The notes under the pieces: generated by a model
What the model was told of the DNA's origin: nothing
Databases searched by the model: none
Seen by the model: the letters and a program-made list of their open reading frames with translations, nothing else
Position numbers and translations under genes: made by a program
NCBI GenBank assembly: GCA_023394965.1
Contig: JAEWZX010000007.1
Location: 100,969-164,968, forward strand
Length of the DNA stretch: 64,000 nt
Source of the DNA: Pseudomonadota bacterium
Lineage (GTDB): Bacteria; Pseudomonadota; Alphaproteobacteria; Sphingomonadales; Sphingomonadaceae
Direction: 5' to 3'
Part shown: one piece after another, positions 62,137 to 64,000 of the stretch
Layout of the letters: the number at the start of each line of letters is the position of its first letter
Position numbering within the stretch: position 1 is the stretch's first letter

Positions 62137-63006
62137 ATGAAGTATGGGCGTGTTCTTGTAACCGCTGTGATGACCATGGCGCTTTGTGCCTGCGGCAAAT
62201 CATTCGAAGGACCGGACGAAGGGGACATCTCCGGTCTGCTCGAAATGGAACTGGATGACGGCATCGAAGCTGAAGACATTGAGATCATTGCTGCGCAGAA
62301 CATTGGTGACGAAATCGAACCGGTCTATCGCACACGAGCCAATCTTGACCTCGTGCTGGAAGAAGATTTTGCCGAACGAGTCGACGAGATAGGTGATCGT
62401 CCAGTGGTCAAGGTGGTGGCTGAAAAAGGCACCGAATATCCGGCCGTCTTGTTCACCCGGGCCGAGCCGGTCGGGGATGACTGGAACGTGGTCATAGAGA
62501 AATTGCAGGTGCGCAATCGCAAAGGGCGGCCTCTGTCGAGCTATACCGACTATGTTATCGAGGGTTCGGCTGAAGAGAAGCGGGCCATTGAAGACCAGAA
62601 ACGCGAAGATGCTGAGGAAGAAAAGCGAGCGGCCGATCGCCTTGCTGCTGCGCGGCGAGGCTTTGTTGGCAACTGGAAGGCCAGCCAACCGCTTAAGCGA
62701 CGCGGGTCGGTGTATTCGCAGAACGGGCAGCAGATCGGCGTAAGCTTTGACCTCAAGCCGGGGGAAGACGGCTTTGGCCGTGGTACGGGCCGGGTGTATG
62801 ATCTCGCCAACCCTGCGACCTTTGCCCAATCCGATGTTACCTATACCGTGGACGACTCGGGTGATTTCGCGACGGTCACCTTCCTCTCGCGTGCTCGGCA
62901 TGACGAACTGAGGTTTTACGTCGATGAAGGCACCAACTTCAAATTGACCAGCGACGGGAAAGCCGAAATCGGGAACGGTCGCTGGTCGATCGCGATGAAG
63001 AGATAA
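62137..63006 (+). CDS. Lipoprotein, unknown function
   Basis: LCAC lipobox; GAGGGG RBS; two beta-rich parts joined by a charged helix. Confidence 0.75.
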   Translation: MKYGRVLVTAVMTMALCACGKSFEGPDEGDISGLLEMELDDGIEAEDIEIIAAQNIGDEIEPVYRTRANLDLVLEEDFAERVDEIGDRPVVKVVAEKGTEYPAVLFTRAEPVGDDWNVVIEKLQVRNRKGRPLSSYTDYVIEGSAEEKRAIEDQKREDAEEEKRAADRLAAARRGFVGNWKASQPLKRRGSVYSQNGQQIGVSFDLKPGEDGFGRGTGRVYDLANPATFAQSDVTYTVDDSGDFATVTFLSRARHDELRFYVDEGTNFKLTSDGKAEIGNGRWSIAMKR

Positions 63007-63026
63007 GAGAGGGAAAAGCGCGTTTC

Positions 63027-63082
63027 GAGACGCGGCGCCGACTTCTTGGGGGGAGGGAGAGGAATGTCGACGGCCGCGTCTC
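63027..63082 (-). other. Stable hairpin with a 23-nt C/U-rich loop
   Basis: Minus strand GAGACGCGGCCGTCGAC-ATTCCTCTCCCTCCCCCCAAGAA-GTCGGCGCCGCGTCTC. Confidence 0.65.
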
Positions 63083-63084
63083 TA

Positions 63085-63192
63085 CTAGCTGCCATATCGC
63101 CTCGCGAGTGCGGTGGGTCGAGCCCGGCCGCTATAAGCGAGGAAGGCCAGAAGCGCTGCTGATCCAGCATATCGCTTCTGTAACTTGTCCAA
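63085..63192 (-). CDS. Candidate 35-aa small protein
   Basis: TTG start with GAGAG 7 nt upstream; MDKLQKRYAGSAALLAFLAYSGRARPTALARRYGS; tandem TAG TAG running into the hairpin. Confidence 0.35.
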   Translation of the reverse strand: MDKLQKRYAGSAALLAFLAYSGRARPTALARRYGS

Positions 63193-63524
63193 GACGGGTC
63201 TCTCAGGGGTCACCGTCTGGGTGTGCAATGAGTAATAATCTTTCACCGCTGTGAACTAAAGTGTGAAAACATGGATGGATGTTGCGCTTCTTGCAACTAA
63301 CGCCAGCGACTGCGCTGAGACCAAAAATCCCGTAATTCGGGGAATCAGGATATTGATAAGATATCACAGGATGTTGCAGCGAAGTGTACAGTCGCTTCGC
63401 TGAGATTGATATGGGCACCTCGAATCCCAGCCTTCAGAGCGGATATGGTGATTTCCGGAAGAGAATTTCCGCAGGGTAATCGCCAATGCTGGACAGCAGG
63501 TGCAAGCTGCCTTTAACGGACCCC

Positions 63525-64000
63525 ATGCAGCCAGAGCACCTTCCCGATTCCATCCTCATCGTCGATTTCGGCAGCCAGGTCACCCAGCTCATCGCGCGCC
63601 GCGTGCGCGAGGCAGGTGTCTATTCGGAAATCGCCCCTTTCACCCAGGCGGAAGAGGCTTTTCATCGCTTGCAGCCGAAGGGCATCATCCTGTCCGGCTC
63701 TCCCGCCAGTGTGTGCGACGAAGGCAGTCCGCGCGCGCCACAGGTGCTGTTCGACAGTGGCCTGCCGATTTTGGGCATCTGTTATGGCCAGCAGGTGATG
63801 AGCCAGCAGCTCGGCGGCGAAGTGCGTCCGGGCCATGAGACCGGGGAAGGGGGCGAGTTCGGTCGGGCTTACCTCACCGTCACGGAAGAGTGCGCGCTTT
63901 TCGACGGTCTATGGAAGACCGGAGAGCGTCATCAGGTCTGGATGAGCCACGGCGACAAGGTCACCAGCTTTGCGCCAGGCTTCAAGATCGTCGCAACCAG
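63525..64000 (+). CDS. guaA: GMP synthase, N-terminal part (truncated by window edge)
   Basis: Manual translation: [36 protein letters not shown]...ILSGSP...LGICYGQQ...VWMSHGD. Confidence 0.97.
   Translation, partial: MQPEHLPDSILIVDFGSQVTQLIARRVREAGVYSEIAPFTQAEEAFHRLQPKGIILSGSPASVCDEGSPRAPQVLFDSGLPILGICYGQQVMSQQLGGEVRPGHETGEGGEFGRAYLTVTEECALFDGLWKTGERHQVWMSHGDKVTSFAPGFKIVAT

Noticed and set aside
62916..63170. 84-aa minus-strand ORF in the ORF track
   Set aside because: It reads through the hairpin and into the lipoprotein gene, with no clear SD; the 35-aa frame fits the local structure better, though neither is proven
63203..63418. 71-aa minus-strand ORF
   Set aside because: Atypical codon use and no recognisable motif
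62033..64000. Genomic island integrated at guaA
   Set aside because: Such islands usually sit at the guaA 3' end, outside this window; no integrase or direct repeats seen

Overview
A GC-rich alphaproteobacterial chromosomal segment. Gene content and order (rpmG-lolA, xth-ribA, fused pabB-pabC, HWE kinase, many small lipoproteins) suggest Sphingomonadales, probably Erythrobacteraceae (inference). It holds about 60 densely packed CDSs. Core genes include ppk2, recQ, xth, ribA, rpmG, arfB, ftsK, glnD, lgt, gyrB, sdaA and the 5' end of guaA, mixed with metabolic and signalling genes. I see no tRNA, rRNA, IS, integrase, prophage or CRISPR array. The most interesting signals are small or non-coding: (1) a structured, promoter- and terminator-bounded ~120-nt sRNA candidate with C-rich loops (14066-14188); (2) an unannotated 35-aa ORF followed by an anti-SD-loop hairpin upstream of guaA; (3) an operon with Mct- and Meh-like genes, an acyl-CoA dehydrogenase and a thiolase but no citramalyl-CoA lyase; (4) a 32-bp palindromic operator in front of an SPFH/ribbon-helix-helix operon; (5) a LexA box before a glyoxalase-cupin pair; (6) CtrA boxes before a diguanylate cyclase and a beta-helix protein; (7) a palindromic bidirectional promoter serving two apparently leaderless genes; (8) a probable CTG start for ribA. 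All calls come from reading the sequence by eye; no database searches were run.
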